A stretch of DNA of 64,000 nt from Octopus vulgaris (GCA_951406725.2 OX597823.1:41602001-41666000), one strand, 5' to 3'. Shown: positions 39,429-52,879, counted from the first letter of the stretch. A program made the numbers and translations. The notes: generated from the sequence alone by a model not told the origin.

Positions 39429-39755
39429 ATATATGCATATATGTATGTATATATATGCACATATATATATATATGCATATATGTATGTATATATATGTAT
39501 ATATATGTATGTATATATATGTATATATACGTATGTATATATATATATGTATATATACGTATGTATATATATATATAAATATATATATATATACGTATGT
39601 ATATATATATTCCGGAGCATATTCACCATCTGCTTCAATTACTGCTTCCCATTTGCTTGGCAGACGGTCAGACTGTCATTTAAAGATGTCTTTGTCAAAT
39701 ATTGTTATTGTTGAATAAAATTTGTTTTAAAAAGCCTCAATAATTATGCACCAAC

Positions 39756-39797
<42 letters not shown>

Positions 39798-40316
39798 CAT
39801 GCATGTGTATGTGTGCATTATATCATTGTATTTGTACGTACATATATATATGCAAATGTATGTGTTATGTATATGCATTTATATGTATATATGATATATA
39901 AGTATGAATACATACACACATGCACACACACACACTCATATACTTACACACACACACATATGTTTGCTTATATTGGAACAAACCCAGCAGTACATATTGA
40001 TCCTCATCTAGCAGATATTTTACCCATATAAAGAAGATGAGTCATGTTGGATCACAGATGAAGACCGCCATATTATTTTTAATGGAGTTTCTTGTAGACC
40101 TATGGAATATTGATTTCACATTACTCCATCTAATGATTGCTCTTACTATATTGCAAAACTGCAACTACCCAGCAATTAATTGAATCAATGTGGTTGCAAG
40201 CATAAAGTTTCATTTTTAACCGCTGATTTCACTATTTATATAGACAGACATATATATATATATACATATGTGTGTGTATGTGTGTATATATATGTGTATG
40301 TGTATATTTAAATATA

Positions 40317-40356
<40 letters not shown>

Positions 40357-40434
40357 GTATGTATGTGTGTATATATATATATGTGTATGTGTGTGTTTGA
40401 TATATATATATATATATATGATCTTTCTTTCTCC

Positions 40435-40472
40435 TATGTTTCCGACGAAGAGCTCCGCTCGAAACGTCATAC
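40435..40472 (+). ncRNA. Minimal hammerhead-like motif with variant core, in a CpG-rich ~150-bp insert
   Basis: CCGACGA a gagc-tcc-gctc GAAAC GTC; core U4 replaced by C, stem I poor. Confidence 0.4.
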
Positions 40473-40789
40473 CCTCCTTCTTCCCTTCTTTCGTGAGCGC
40501 CCAATAATACTTTATTTGTTCCACATCCTCGTGTTGTTGTCTTTTTGTTTTCTTGTTTGGATTAACTTTATTTATATATCTGTGTATGTGTATATATGCT
40601 CAATGTATACACCCTCTCTATCTCACATATTACTTTTAATACCTGAATTAACTATAAGATTAGGTAAATGCAATCAAACACACACATACACAAATACATG
40701 CCTGCACACACATGCACACATACACACACACACAATTACATGCACACACACGCATGCAAACATACACACACACACACACACACACACAC

Positions 40790-41252
40790 CATCTGTTCAT
40801 GTCTGCTTTTCCCTACTTGCATGGGTTAGATATCCTTTTTTGGATACAGATTTTCCACAGCTGGATACCCTTCCTGTCACCAACTCTTAATTTGTTTCTA
40901 TGCTAATGATGACGATGATGATGATGAATGTAATATCTTTCCCTAGATGAACATGTTTTCTAGAAAGATTTTATTGCTCCCTGTGCTCAACTTCTACTTA
41001 TTTTATACTGCTTGTATGATGGTGATGCTTCTTTACAGCTATCACTCGATGATCAGACAAGGAGATATCAACATGCATGCATACATTCAAACCCATGCAT
41101 GCACACATACATATGTGACAGGCTTCCACACAGTTTCTGTCATAAAAATTCATATGTTTGGTCAGCTTAGGACTATAGTAGAAGACTTCTACTCAAGATG
41201 CCACACAGTGGTTGGGCAGCACCTTTCTCAAGCATATAGCCATGCCTGTGCC
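40790..41252 (-). mobile_element. SINE family A2
   Basis: GGATACCCTTCCTGTCACCAAC tail plus A core on minus strand. Confidence 0.7.
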
Positions 41253-41317
41253 TATAATAATGATGTCAATGATATATAAATACACACATGCATACACAAA
41301 TGTATTTTCAAACGTTC

Positions 41318-41576
41318 AGCCTCGTTTGGCACCTGTGTCAGTGGCACATAAAAAACACCATCCGAGCGTGGCCGTTCGCCAGCCTCATCTGGCACCTGTG
41401 TCGGTGGCACATAAAATCACCCACTACACTCTCGGAGTGGTTGGCGTTAGGAAGGGCATCCAGCTGTAGAAACACTGCCAGATCTGACTGGCCTGGTGCA
41501 GCCTTCGGGCTCCCCAGACCCCAGTTGAACCGTCCAACCCATGCTAGCATGGAAAGCGGATGTTAAACGATGATGA
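41318..41576 (+). mobile_element. Family D repeat, young
   Basis: Two TGGCACCTGTGTC.GTGGCACATAAAA subrepeats, then the conserved tail. Confidence 0.88.
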
Positions 41577-42134
41577 ATTCTGCTTCAAGAATGTTTACAT
41601 ATTTCCCCATTTTTTAATGCCCTAAATACTAATTGAGAAGTGTCAGATTTCTTTGTTATTTCTGTAAAACAACTTAAGCGGTTTGATTGAGATTATAGTG
41701 GGCGTTTTTCATACGGACATAAATAAAGGAATTAGAGAAACCAAAAGAGTGCCTAAATCTGATTCCTCCCCCACAACAACATACGTGGTAACATAATTAA
41801 TTCCAATTTTTGGCAAAGCTATGTCTTTTTCAAAATGTCAAGAATCCAGAAATGAGTAGCCATATCATATGCTTTGCTGAAATCTATCCAAATAAAGCAC
41901 ATATTTGTCAGTCATTATCTGAAATTTCTGTTTACATAGTTTTCAACTGTTCAGTGTTATTGTGTACCTAAGGTTCTTTTCCTATCCTTCTGTTATATAA
42001 CAAACAAACATCACTTTATGTAGGAGATCCTTGTGTATTTTTGAGGCAAGATTCCTGCTGATAATTTCTAGAGGAGTTTCAAGCATGCAATTGGAATAAT
42101 TTCCTGCCATCTTTCTTTATTAATATAATCTCTG

Positions 42135-42565
42135 GCTCTCTACATTCTGAGTTCAAATCCCACCAGTGTTAAAGTTTCCTTTTATCCTTTTCGGCTCAAT
42201 AAAATAAAGTATCAAATAAACACTGGGGTTGATAAAATAAGTTGCATTTTAGTAACGGGGTAAAATAAGCACCTGTTGAGTCCTGAAATTGACCTAATCA
42301 GCAACTCTTACCCACTATAATAGCTGGCTTTGTGCTGGTAATACAAAGATTAGGGCAGCAAGCAAGTAGAATCATTAGCAATTCAGACAGATTGCTTAGC
42401 AGTATTTCTTTCAATTCTTCACATTCTGAACTCAAATCCCTCCAGTATCAACTTCGCCTTTCACCTTTTGTCGGATTAATAAAATAAAATACCAGTCATG
42501 TACTGGGGTCAATGGATTTGATTTGTCCCTTTCCTTCAAAATTGCTAGCTTTGTGTCAAAATTTA
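42135..42565 (+). mobile_element. Two SINE family B copies in tandem
   Basis: ACATTCTGAGTTCAAATCCC...CCTTTTATCCTTTT repeated at ~42143 and ~42421. Confidence 0.7.
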
Positions 42566-42619
42566 AGAAGGTAGTGGTTATAACGTTATTACTTCTTTAT
42601 TAATTTTTGTGATATAAGA

Positions 42620-42985
42620 CACAGGCATGGCTGTACAGTTAAGGTGTTTACTTGGGAACGATATGGGTTTGGTTCAGTATTGCAGTATGGCATTGTGAGT
42701 GAGCGTATTTGGATCTTGTCTGAGACTGACCAAAAACTTTTGAGTGGATTTGGCTAATGGAAATGCAAACCTCTCATATACATGTATGTGTGTGCATGCA
42801 TATATGTACTAGTGTTTGTTTACATTTGCATTGCTCCCCAAACAGTGATGTTATCAACAAAATATTTACTAGATTTGTACTTTTCAAAACCACAGAGAAA
42901 AGATAAATTTCTTACTTCAGAAAGCAGGTAATTATTAGCAACAGGAAGAACATCCAACCCTTTAATAATATATTTGCCCGTGGAA
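42620..42985 (+). mobile_element. SINE family A2, degenerate
   Basis: CAGGCATGGCTGT head; GAGTGGATTTGG; ACAGGAAGAACATCC tail. Confidence 0.6.
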
Positions 42986-43957
42986 AAAAAAAACTGGGGT
43001 AAGAAACAGATGCAAAGAAAATAATGAAATTATGAAATATTACTATTTGAAATATATTGCAGCTAACTTTACAGAAATACACTTTTCATTTTGTCTTTCC
43101 AATGATATTATGATACAAAAAACAACTAAAGGAATTTTTATCATAATGTTTCACATCTGTGTCAGTAGTTAAACTAAAAATAATACATGTGCTCCTCCTG
43201 TAAATGCCACCCACACAGCCAGATATCAATCAACATGCAATTGCAAATTTTGCAACATTTTTTTAATGAATTTTCTTATCTCTCATTCTAGTCTCCTCTC
43301 CTACCTAGGCTCTTTCAACTTACCCATTCTTTCCATCTGTTTTCACTAACTCTCCCTCACTTCCCCCGCCTTTTTCCTTGTATTAACTAATCAATGTTAC
43401 AGATCAGCTAACAATAATTTGTTATATTGTCTGTTGGGAAGTGTTTCTATTTTTCCATCACCTTCATAATTTTCCACTTCTCCTTTTATTTTATCTACGT
43501 TTCATAAACTAAGTGATCACTCTGTAAATGGCCATTTTTTTTTATATAACAATTTCTACAATTCTCCTGATTATTATTTCATCTTTTTCCATTTGTGTAT
43601 TATCTCATTAGGGTATTGATGAAAGCAATGTACAGTATCAAGATTCACAAATCTGTCCATTTTATGACTGATCTGAGCCACTGACTTTCAGGCTGCAATG
43701 CTGCAAGTTTTTGTTTTTTTTTGTAGTCCTATCATTACCAAATACATACACTTATATACACACAGCATCATTCTCTCATTCTTTCTCTCTTTCTGTTCTC
43801 CTCCTGCCTCTAGACCTGGTCTTTACAAGACAAACTTCACCTCCTCCTCTTTCATTATGCAGTTCTGTCTTCTCTTTATTATGCAGTTCTGTTCTGATAT
43901 AATGTATTGCTTTAGAGTAACCGCTATCATAGTTACAAAAAGGAATTCTTAACCCTA

Positions 43958-44093
43958 ACATTAGGAAGGGCATCGAGCCATAGAAACCATGCCAAAACTA
44001 ACACAGGAGCTCAACACAGTTCAATGGCTCACTGGATCCTGTCGAACCATCTGACACATAGCATGGAAAACAGACATTCAATGATAATGATGA
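43958..44093 (+). mobile_element. Family D 3' fragment
   Basis: TTAGGAAGGGCATCGAGCCATAGAAACC. Confidence 0.75.
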
Positions 44094-44223
44094 TTTCACC
44101 TTACTGATCACACCTAACCCTTTCATGTGAAGTTCTCACCTCCTAAATAGCATATACAGGCTCTTTACATACTGTCATTGATTTTCATTATTATTTTAAA
44201 ACAATATTCTTGGATTAGGAGAC

Positions 44224-44360
44224 TCTTCTTCTTCTTCTTCTTCTTCTTCTTCTTCTTCTTCTTCTTCTTCTTCTTCTTCTTTCTTCTTCTTCTTCTTCTT
44301 CTTCTTCTTCTTCTTCTTCTTCTTCTTCTTCTTCTTCTTCTTCTTCTTCTTCTTCTTCTT
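44224..44360. repeat. (CTT)n trinucleotide repeat, ~45 units with one phase slip
   Basis: Direct observation. Confidence 0.95.
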
Positions 44361-44812
44361 GATCTTACTTGTTCCTGTTAATTTGTTGGCAAAGATCTCA
44401 TGGGGTCTCTCAAGGTCTTTTTCTACAAATTATAAGGTTTGCTGCTTAGATGTTAAGTATCATGGAAGATACCCAACACTCATTGTCGTCATCATCATCA
44501 TTAAGATGGTGAGCTGGCAGAGTAGTTAGATGTACGCCACTAATGTATCCAATAGAAGTGTCTGTTTTGCCCTTATCAGTTTAACTGTATGTATAGGTGA
44601 ATGTGTATTTGTTAATTTCTTCTGTTGTTTATGGCTTTTTCTGGTTCCTTCAATACTGGCTCTTTGAGTCATTGGCAAATTTCGCATCAACCCATACAAT
44701 TCTTTGTTTATCACAAAAATTTTTTATTTACTTTCTGCCTGTCATATTAAGAAATATAATTTCTGTTACCCAGTTACTTTCATTGTTTGCTATATTTTGC
44801 CCACTTGTATTT

Positions 44813-45020
44813 CGCCTGGCACCTGTGCAGGTGGCACGTAAAAAGCACCCACTACACTCACGGAGTGGTTGGCATTAGGAAGGGCATCCAGCTGTAGAAA
44901 CATTGCCAGATAAGACTGGAGCCTGGTGCAGCCTTCTGGCTTCCCAGATCCCCAGTCGAACCGTCCAACCCATGCTAGCATGGAGAATGGACGTTAAACG
45001 ATGATGATGATGATGATGAT
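44813..45020 (+). mobile_element. Family D repeat, young
   Basis: Near-identical to 39167 and 41318. Confidence 0.88.
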
Positions 45021-45030
45021 GTATATAAAC

Positions 45031-45911
45031 ATGCCTAGAAGGAAAGTGTCAAATTTGTCTTATAATGTCTCTGTCCAGGGAAAGGGAGACAGCTGCAGAA
45101 AAGGGAATCATGCCAAGAAACAAACAGACTGTGCACAAGGAAAGCCAGAGCATCTTAAAGTGATGAACAGAGGTATGCATGGCTGACAAGGAATAGGATC
45201 TCCATTTCAGATTGAAGAGTAGTTGCAACAGCTTAGAAAAGCAACTTCTATGAAGCAGTTTTCAATTATGATCTAGCAGTTCATTATGCAGATGACACTA
45301 GTGTTTCCATTGGGGCAATGACAACTAAGTGCATACATTGTAAAACAAGGAAGTGGCCTGGAGAGACACCTGCACTGTATTGCAGTGGGGGAAAGGCTAA
45401 ACTCCCTGCAATCCCCCAACCTCTAGAGCCATCAAAGAAACTGTTGTCATCAACTGACCAAGATTTCAAGCACTTCCAAAACAAAATTAGACAATACAAC
45501 GCTGTACTACAGATGACATCATTTGGAACCACAAGAGATTTAACTGCGCCATGATTCATACAAACTTTCAAGATCCAAGGTCGAATTTATCATCGGATTA
45601 GCTCTCTACTACCTCTCTCAAATGAATCACCAAAGTTGTTAATAATCTGTACCTGTTTTTGGTTATGAAATAAGCTAGACAAAATGTGTTTGTGAAATAT
45701 GTGTGTATTTACTTTATATACATATATGTTTTGAAAACTTTCTTTTAACATTTCACTTAACATCTATATTCCATGCTGGCATGGGTTGGAAAGTTATTAA
45801 TGTAGAAAGTTGGTATCTCAGCTTCTAGCAGTTGAGACCTGCATAATCTAGACAATGTTTTTAAATTTCATTATTCTCTTTAACCCAGGCAACGCTGGGT
45901 ATTTCTGCTAG
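45031..45911 (+). mobile_element. Internally deleted Helitron: N-terminal Rep/Hel remnant plus canonical 3' end
   Basis: FNYD...SIGAMTTKCIHCK..KWPGE...CSGGKAKLP...IRQYNAVLQMTSFG...TFKIQGRIYHRISSLLP; 3' hairpin ACCCAGGCAACGCTGGGT (45883-45900), then CTAG|T at 45908-45912. Confidence 0.85.
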
Positions 45912-45996
45912 TTTATATATATGTATAAAATCAAATAAAAGCAAATGCGAATATATATGTGTGTTTGCAAGAATTTGTGAGTGTGTGTGTGTGTGA

Positions 45997-46050
<54 letters not shown>

Positions 46051-46816
46051 CATACACACAATTACAAATACATGTTTTATATATACATATATGTGTTATA
46101 TAAATGAATACATTTCTATATTTATGAGCATATAAATGTATGCACACGTTCTAAGAAAAATCTATTTTAACACAAACATACATGCATACAAACATGTGCA
46201 CAAACACATGCATACATACCTACATACATAGAGAAATATATATAATTCTAGCAAAACAACATGAGAAATATAAATAGCCAAGTTTGTCAGTGTAGGAAGG
46301 AAGGAATCGGTAATGAGTGTCATGTGCACCAAAATTTATCTCTTACTTGTGTGACAATGAAAGAACCAATAAAAGTTAAGCTTTATAAATGTCCAGCTTT
46401 TATTTATTTAGACTTTACTACTTGATGTTGCTCATGATGATGATGATGATACTGTTGGTGTACATTGTGGGGAATATGGTAGCTGAGTGATGGTAGTGGT
46501 TATGTGGATGATTTTTTTCTTTTTGTAGTAAATGATACAAATTTTGAGTAATGTTTGGTGGTCATGGAGGTGAGTTAGAGGGAGAAGTAATCTTATTGGT
46601 TAGGCTGATGTTTACTGTTCTAATTTTAATATTTTATATGCTTTTTTATGTTTTTTTTCTTCTATATTTGTATATTCATGGTCCCATTGTTGTATAGTTT
46701 GTTTGCTTGGAGTTTAGACATTTTATGTACTTTTCTGTATTGAATTGAAGCATATATAATTTTATCATATATATAAATAAAATATATATATCATACATAT
46801 GTTATAATATATGATA

Positions 46817-46885
<69 letters not shown>

Positions 46886-46961
46886 TTATTATCTACATTT
46901 ATGAGATAATATATATATGATATATATCTATAGATATCTATAATGTATATGTATATATAAG

Positions 46962-47302
46962 TGCAGGCTGGCTGTGTGATGTAAAGTTTGCTTTGGAACC
47001 ATGTGATTTTGGCTTCAGTCCCACTGCATGCCACCTTGGTCAACAATCTTCTATTATAGTCCTGAATCAACCAAAATTTTGTGAATGAAACTGGTAGCTG
47101 GAAATTACGTAGAGACTTGTCATATATGTGTGTTTGTGTACACTCACACACACACACACACTCTCTCTCTCTTAGTTTTTGTCCACCAGACCCACTGACT
47201 AAATTTTATTTGGCCTAGTGCCCAAGGTTCCATGAAGTGTCACTAAACCTCAAACCATTTGGTTGAGGAGAAAAATTCTCAACATCACAATCATACCTGC
47301 AC
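46962..47302. mobile_element. Inverted pair of SINE A heads (46962-47122 +, 47175-47302 -)
   Basis: GCTGTGTG..AAGTTTGCTT..CCACCTTGG on plus, then CCCAAGGT..AACCATTTGGTTG. Confidence 0.65.
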
Positions 47303-47521
47303 CTATACTGAAACGGTAATTGTTTACACAGTCAAGGGAATGCAGTATGAATAATATATGCGCAGATTTTTGTTCCAGATATTATTATTGTCAGCAGTAT
47401 AAAATACTCTGAAATGCAGACCACAAATTCTCTTTTGCATTCATTGTTTGATATTGAGTTAAGTATTTTTATTACATGTAGAGCTCTTTTCTATATCCAA
47501 GACAGTTCTGTCAATGAGAGT

Positions 47522-47555
<34 letters not shown>

Positions 47556-47952
47556 AACAGACAGAGACAGAGAGAAGTATCACAAAAGAAAGAGGTTTTG
47601 ATGCTGATCCTGCACGACTAAAATCTGACCTAAGTGAAGCTCATGGTTTGACATTTGTGGCTGGTCATATGCATTTGGTACATATAGTACCACATGAACA
47701 ACCTATAGTATTGCTTGATGATTTGTAGGGACACTGTATTTTCATTTTGCAACCATAATATACTACAAAGTATATCAAAAGCTTTCATAGTCAATACTAT
47801 GTTCCACTATATTAGCAGTGCTATTAAATTGCATAAGATTATCTCTACAGATACTCTATAGAAATTATAGCTAGCACTGATTTGTTATGATGTTTCATGT
47901 CCAACTACATCTAATGTAAAAAACAATTGGATCAAAGATAGAAAAATAAGTA

Positions 47953-48004
47953 ATGAGTGTACATGCCATATTCCAGGAGTTTTTGCTCCTTCATCAGCAC
48001 TCAT
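47953..48004 (-). ncRNA. Type I hammerhead motif with one core substitution
   Basis: Minus strand: atgagtg CTGATGA aggag-caaaaa-ctcct GGAA tatggcatg TA cactcat; 7-bp stem I, 5-bp stem II, GAAA changed to GGAA. Confidence 0.65.
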
Positions 48005-48276
48005 CTAACCCATTAATCATCCATGAACACATTCCTTGAACAGCCACAAAATATAGCAGTGTAACATTATTGGATATACCAATTTTACATATTAAACAAA
48101 TTTCTGGCAGCTGACATGTACATATAAATGACTTGTAGAAACACCATATTTCATTAAACAGCCACAATATGCTACAAAGTATAAGTGACTATTGCCAGAA
48201 AGTTTGCTGTTACTCATTTTGTGTAGACTTAGTAATTCAGTCTCTGTAATTATTTAGGTATGTCTATTAAGTCAAA

Positions 48277-48552
48277 TGTCACTAGAAGCTAGGATCACCA
48301 AGCATAGATTGGCGTATTTCGGTCATATTATGTGGAGAAAATCCCTGGAGAAGGACATCATGCTTGAAATGGTCAGTGGCAAGAGAGAGGAAGAGGCCAA
48401 CCAAGAACCCACTGGCTTGACACCATCAAGAGTGATACCAGAATGGACATAGCCAATCTGAAAGAAGTGGCCCAGGATAGAACTGACTGGAGGACACTGA
48501 TCCAACGAGTAACCAAGAGTCGACTTCGACTAAGTGGATAGATAGATAGATA
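48277..48552 (+). mobile_element. 5'-truncated BovB-like RTE LINE with TSD
   Basis: SLEARITKHRLAYFGHIM..SLEKDIML..VSGKR..WLDTI..LKEVAQDRTDWR.LI..VTKSRLRL; (GATA)n tail; AAGTCAAA at 48269-48276 and 48553-48560. Confidence 0.88.
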
Positions 48553-48734
48553 AAGTCAAACACTTTTTATTTATAATACCATTAGGCTACATAACCCTTC
48601 TTGTCCATAACTATGGCTGTAAGTATTAATGTTGATGGTACAAGCTGTTTGTTGTGTCGTTGACCTTTTAAAGGATTCTTGATAAAATTCCTAACTTCTT
48701 TTAAGGGTGGGCCCTCTTCGTTATAGTGAAAGTG

Positions 48735-49113
48735 TGTAGCCTAATCATTAGACCAACTCATAATTGCAAAATTATGGTTTTGATTCCCAGATCTGGTGGT
48801 TCATTGTGTTTTTGATCAAAACACTTTATTTCATGTTGCACCAGTTCTAAAACCTAAAATAGGTAACGTTAATTCCTCAAGTCATGCCAACTGATGAGGG
48901 CCAGTTTCTCAATTTCCATGGTCTGTAAATTCTCCACCTGAATGGGACGCCAGTCTGTTGCAAGATTACTCAATTTTGCCAGCTGAGAGGACTGAAGCAA
49001 CATGAAATGAAGTGTTTTGCTCAAGAACACAACACATTGCCTGATCCAGGAATTGAAACCACAATCTTACAATCATGAGTGCAACACCCTAACCATCAAG
49101 CCATGCATCTCCA
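48735..49113. mobile_element. Inverted pair of family C-related SINEs (48735-48850 +, 48875-49113 -)
   Basis: TGTGTTTTTGATCAAAACACTTTATTTCATGTTGC vs GCAACATGAAATGAAGTGTTTTGCTCAAGAACACA. Confidence 0.75.
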
Positions 49114-50534
49114 CAGCTTCGCACTGGCACCAGTTCAGCTGTAAATGATTAACCCTACAACAGACTGACATCCTATTCAGGAAAAATGATATGATCCCAG
49201 TCAATGATATGCCATACACACCAATTAACTGGCCCCCATAAGTCCTAGGGCATAGCACAGTAATATCTAGTGGGGGATTATGTTTTACTCTTCATTATAA
49301 ACTGGATATTTTATTGTTGTTCTTTTGTCACGACATTCTCCAAATACCACAGCACTTTTTTGATGAGAATCACAATCCTGAATTAGAGAATTTACTTCTT
49401 TGCAACAACAACACAGTTTATTAATTTGTCTTTTACTAAAGCTAGTAAATTTTTTAGTAAATGGTGGTATCTCTCTAAAAGTTGTGTATATTTTAAGACT
49501 TGTTTGTTAACAATATTAGTCTTTCTAAAATCTGTATGTTAAGGTCAAATAGTAACCAGGAATATGTAAATACAAGCTTTTTAATAAAGTTTTGGATTCA
49601 GATAACTTTTCTTGAGAGCACTGACTTTTCTTTGCACAGTCAAACTTTTCTGATTTTTTGTTGTTATTTTAGTTTTCATGTTTATTAATATAACTTCATT
49701 TCTTAGCAATTTCTTTTTTGTATTTTTTTTTTCATATTTTAACCAGAGTTTTGTATGATTTGGATTCATATTGATTTCTGAGATGATGAGTTATTATTAT
49801 TGATGAAGAAACATTGAACTATTAACATTGTATTAGTAAATCATCATGCTTCCACTAATTCAAACACTGTTTGTCATGTAGCTGGGATGGATTCAAATTC
49901 CCTGACCTTTATTTACAATGCTTTTCAATAGTATGCTACAACCCCATAAGGCAAATATTTGTCAATTTTAAGTTGTATTTGAACATGAGTTTACTAATGG
50001 CAGCCATATTAGAATGAACTCAATGTGAGATTTTCTCAGTAAAAACTCTTCAGACTGGTTCTTATTTTCTGCAATTATTTGTCCATTATAGAAACTGCAT
50101 TCTACCATGGCACATGTTTTTCATTTTCATAATCATTCATGAGAAAATGGAAAGTATGCGCTATCGTTATTTATGATATTGCTGATCTGGATGAAGGTTG
50201 GATAATTTTAGTTTTATTTGGCCCTTCTAGATTGATGAGATTGTTGCAGTCAGTTTTCAATTTGAATTTCTACACATTTATGAAAGAAAAAGTGGTTAAG
50301 AAAAGGAATTTCAGAAGAGTTCTGTTTACAGAAAGAATTATTTGTTACTGTGTTTAACAAAGTTTTTAGAGGAACAATATGTAAATCAACCAGTTGCTGT
50401 AGCATATTTGATGCAGAATCTTTGCCACATAACTGTTTTGCTAGTTTTAGATATTGGCTATGATTTGCAGCAACATCAGAAATATGAGAATAATACATAA
50501 TGCACGTTGCATATAATTATATATGTGAAAGGCA

Positions 50535-50887
50535 CCTTTGTTGGTGACTATAAAAGATACCCAGTATACTCAATGGAGTGTTTGGCATTAGGAAGGACAT
50601 CCAACTGCTGAAACTAGGCCAAAACAGACTGGAGCTTGGTGCAGCTCTCTGGCTTACCAGTTCCACTTGAACCATCAAATCCATGGCAATATGGAAAATG
50701 GATTCTAAATCATGATGATGATGAAAGGCTCCTTTTAATTTCCATCTATGAAATCCACTCACAAAGCGTTGGACAGCTCTGGGCTGTAGTAGAAGGCAAC
50801 AATTATCTAAACTCAAATGCAGTAGGACTGAACACACAACCATGTGGTTGGTAAACAGACTTATGAACCTCACAGCCATGCCTGCAT
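50535..50887. mobile_element. Family D (+, 50535-50724) abutting SINE A head (-, 50726-50887)
   Basis: TTGGCATTAGGAAGGACATCC...GATGATGA, then AATCCACTCACAAAG...ACCATGTGGTTGG. Confidence 0.75.
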
Positions 50888-51853
50888 CTATAATAAAATA
50901 TTATATATATATGCAATTTGCTGCTATGTATACAAGTATTCTAGTTTAAAGTGGGTTTAAAGCTGATGATAATTAGAGACTCACAGAGTGTAGTATTATT
51001 TGGGAAATATGCTTTTGCCATTGTATCAAGAACAACAATGTATCTTCTTAACTACAGCCATAATAAAGCAGAAACATAGTAAGATCCCCGTTTTAACTCT
51101 CCAATATCCTTGTGAGTCTTATATAGGAACCTTCAAGGTTTCTGTATTATAAGATGGGGGTAAATTATGATAGCTGATAACAGACTAAGACTGAATCTTC
51201 AAAGTATAGTGCTTCACCAAAACATAGCACAATGGATGATAAAGTTAACAGCCAAAACCAATTCTTTTGTCAATGATAATAAGGCATCTCAAACTTCAGG
51301 TAATATTATATAAATATAATTCCTGCAAGAAAAAGGAATAACTATTGTGCATTTCATGTCTAGTATAGTGGATAGCTGCCACGTGTATAAAATAGGTGAG
51401 GATGATGTTGATCATAATATTAATGACAACAGTAAGAATAAAAATGGTTATCACAACAAGAATGATTTTGCATTGTTGCATCAAACCAACTTCACTGATT
51501 CTATACAAATCCAGAATATTTGATGCCTACTTTAGTCTTTAGGTTATAGGCTGACTTATTTTATGATCTTTTTTCATTTCCTACAGTGTGTATAAACTGA
51601 AATCTAGCAAATATTAGCTCAGTCTTTAATTTTTCTTTTCTCTCTCTTTTTCTCTCTAACGCACACCTCTCACACTTTTTATTTATATTCTATCTCTCTC
51701 CCCCCCTCTCTCTCTCTCTCTCTACCATGTTTTCCGTTTCTGGGATACAAAGATGATCTTTCATTTTATTAAAGTGATTACCATATACGCAATACAAGTC
51801 AATGGAATAACTTTACCCCTGTAGCTATATATGATATATATATATATTATATC

Positions 51854-51890
<37 letters not shown>

Positions 51891-52398
51891 ACTACAATGC
51901 ACAAGACAAGTAATAATATCCTTAGCAAAGTTTCTGTTCTACTACTATCTTCAGTTCCAGACTTCTATATTTCATTTGTTTTTTTCTCCTTCCTCAATAT
52001 TTTCATTTAACTTTTATTGTCCATTCCAAACACTTTGCTGTTACTATATGATTTCTAATATTAAGAGATTGCCAAGACCCAAAATACTTAATAGGAAGCT
52101 GCTTTTCTAGTATCTATATTTAGAAAGGCAAATGTTAGAGGAAATTGGAAAATGGATCTTCCTTTCTATACATATATTATATCTGTGTGCATGTGTTTAC
52201 TGATATCATGAATTTATAAGTTGATACCATCTTAACGGGAACACGAAAAGTGCTATAACTCTAAAATTCCAACAAAAATTCTATAAATTAAATGTCTACA
52301 TGCAGAAAATTAGATCAGAAGTGACATACATCAAATCCCATGGCTTCATCTAAAATTTTAGTGAAGTTTCAAGCTATCAGATTGGTAAAAGGTTCTAT

Positions 52399-52449
<51 letters not shown>

Positions 52450-52879
52450 ACATATTTCCTAGAAGAAGCTTCTTTCAATAAAACCATTGTTGATGAAATA
52501 CTAACAGCTCCATCATGCTGTGAAATATGTTTCTGTGTTTACAAAATCTTATTAAAATCAAAACTAAACATTAAATACAGATACTGCTGTGGGTATCTTC
52601 TACTGGTGAAGGTTGGCCCATGTATCTATGCATACATGTGCAGATCTGGGCAAAGTGTTTTTCTTTTTTTCAAGAAGGCTGGTAGATGCCCATGCATGCA
52701 AATCTGCAATTTCCATGATGGCAGTGTTTATCCAAAGGAAAATCCACTGATTTTGGCTAATTCAGTTTGGCATCAATGTCTTCACAGTGATTACTACTGC
52801 AATCTAAATAGACTGAAACATACCACAAGACAATTCACTGAACTCCCTCGCAATATACTCATCCACCACCCTGGTTAGA

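Noticed and set aside
41320-41420. Spaced ~30-bp direct repeats superficially like a CRISPR array
   Set aside because: Only two units, internal to family D, eukaryotic context, no cas genes
41620-41930. Possible DNA-transposon MITE remnant (also 15900-16090, 52230-52400)
   Set aside because: Could not define TIRs or TSDs
48891-48920. CTGATGAGGGCC
   Set aside because: Lies in a SINE tail; no downstream GAAA core
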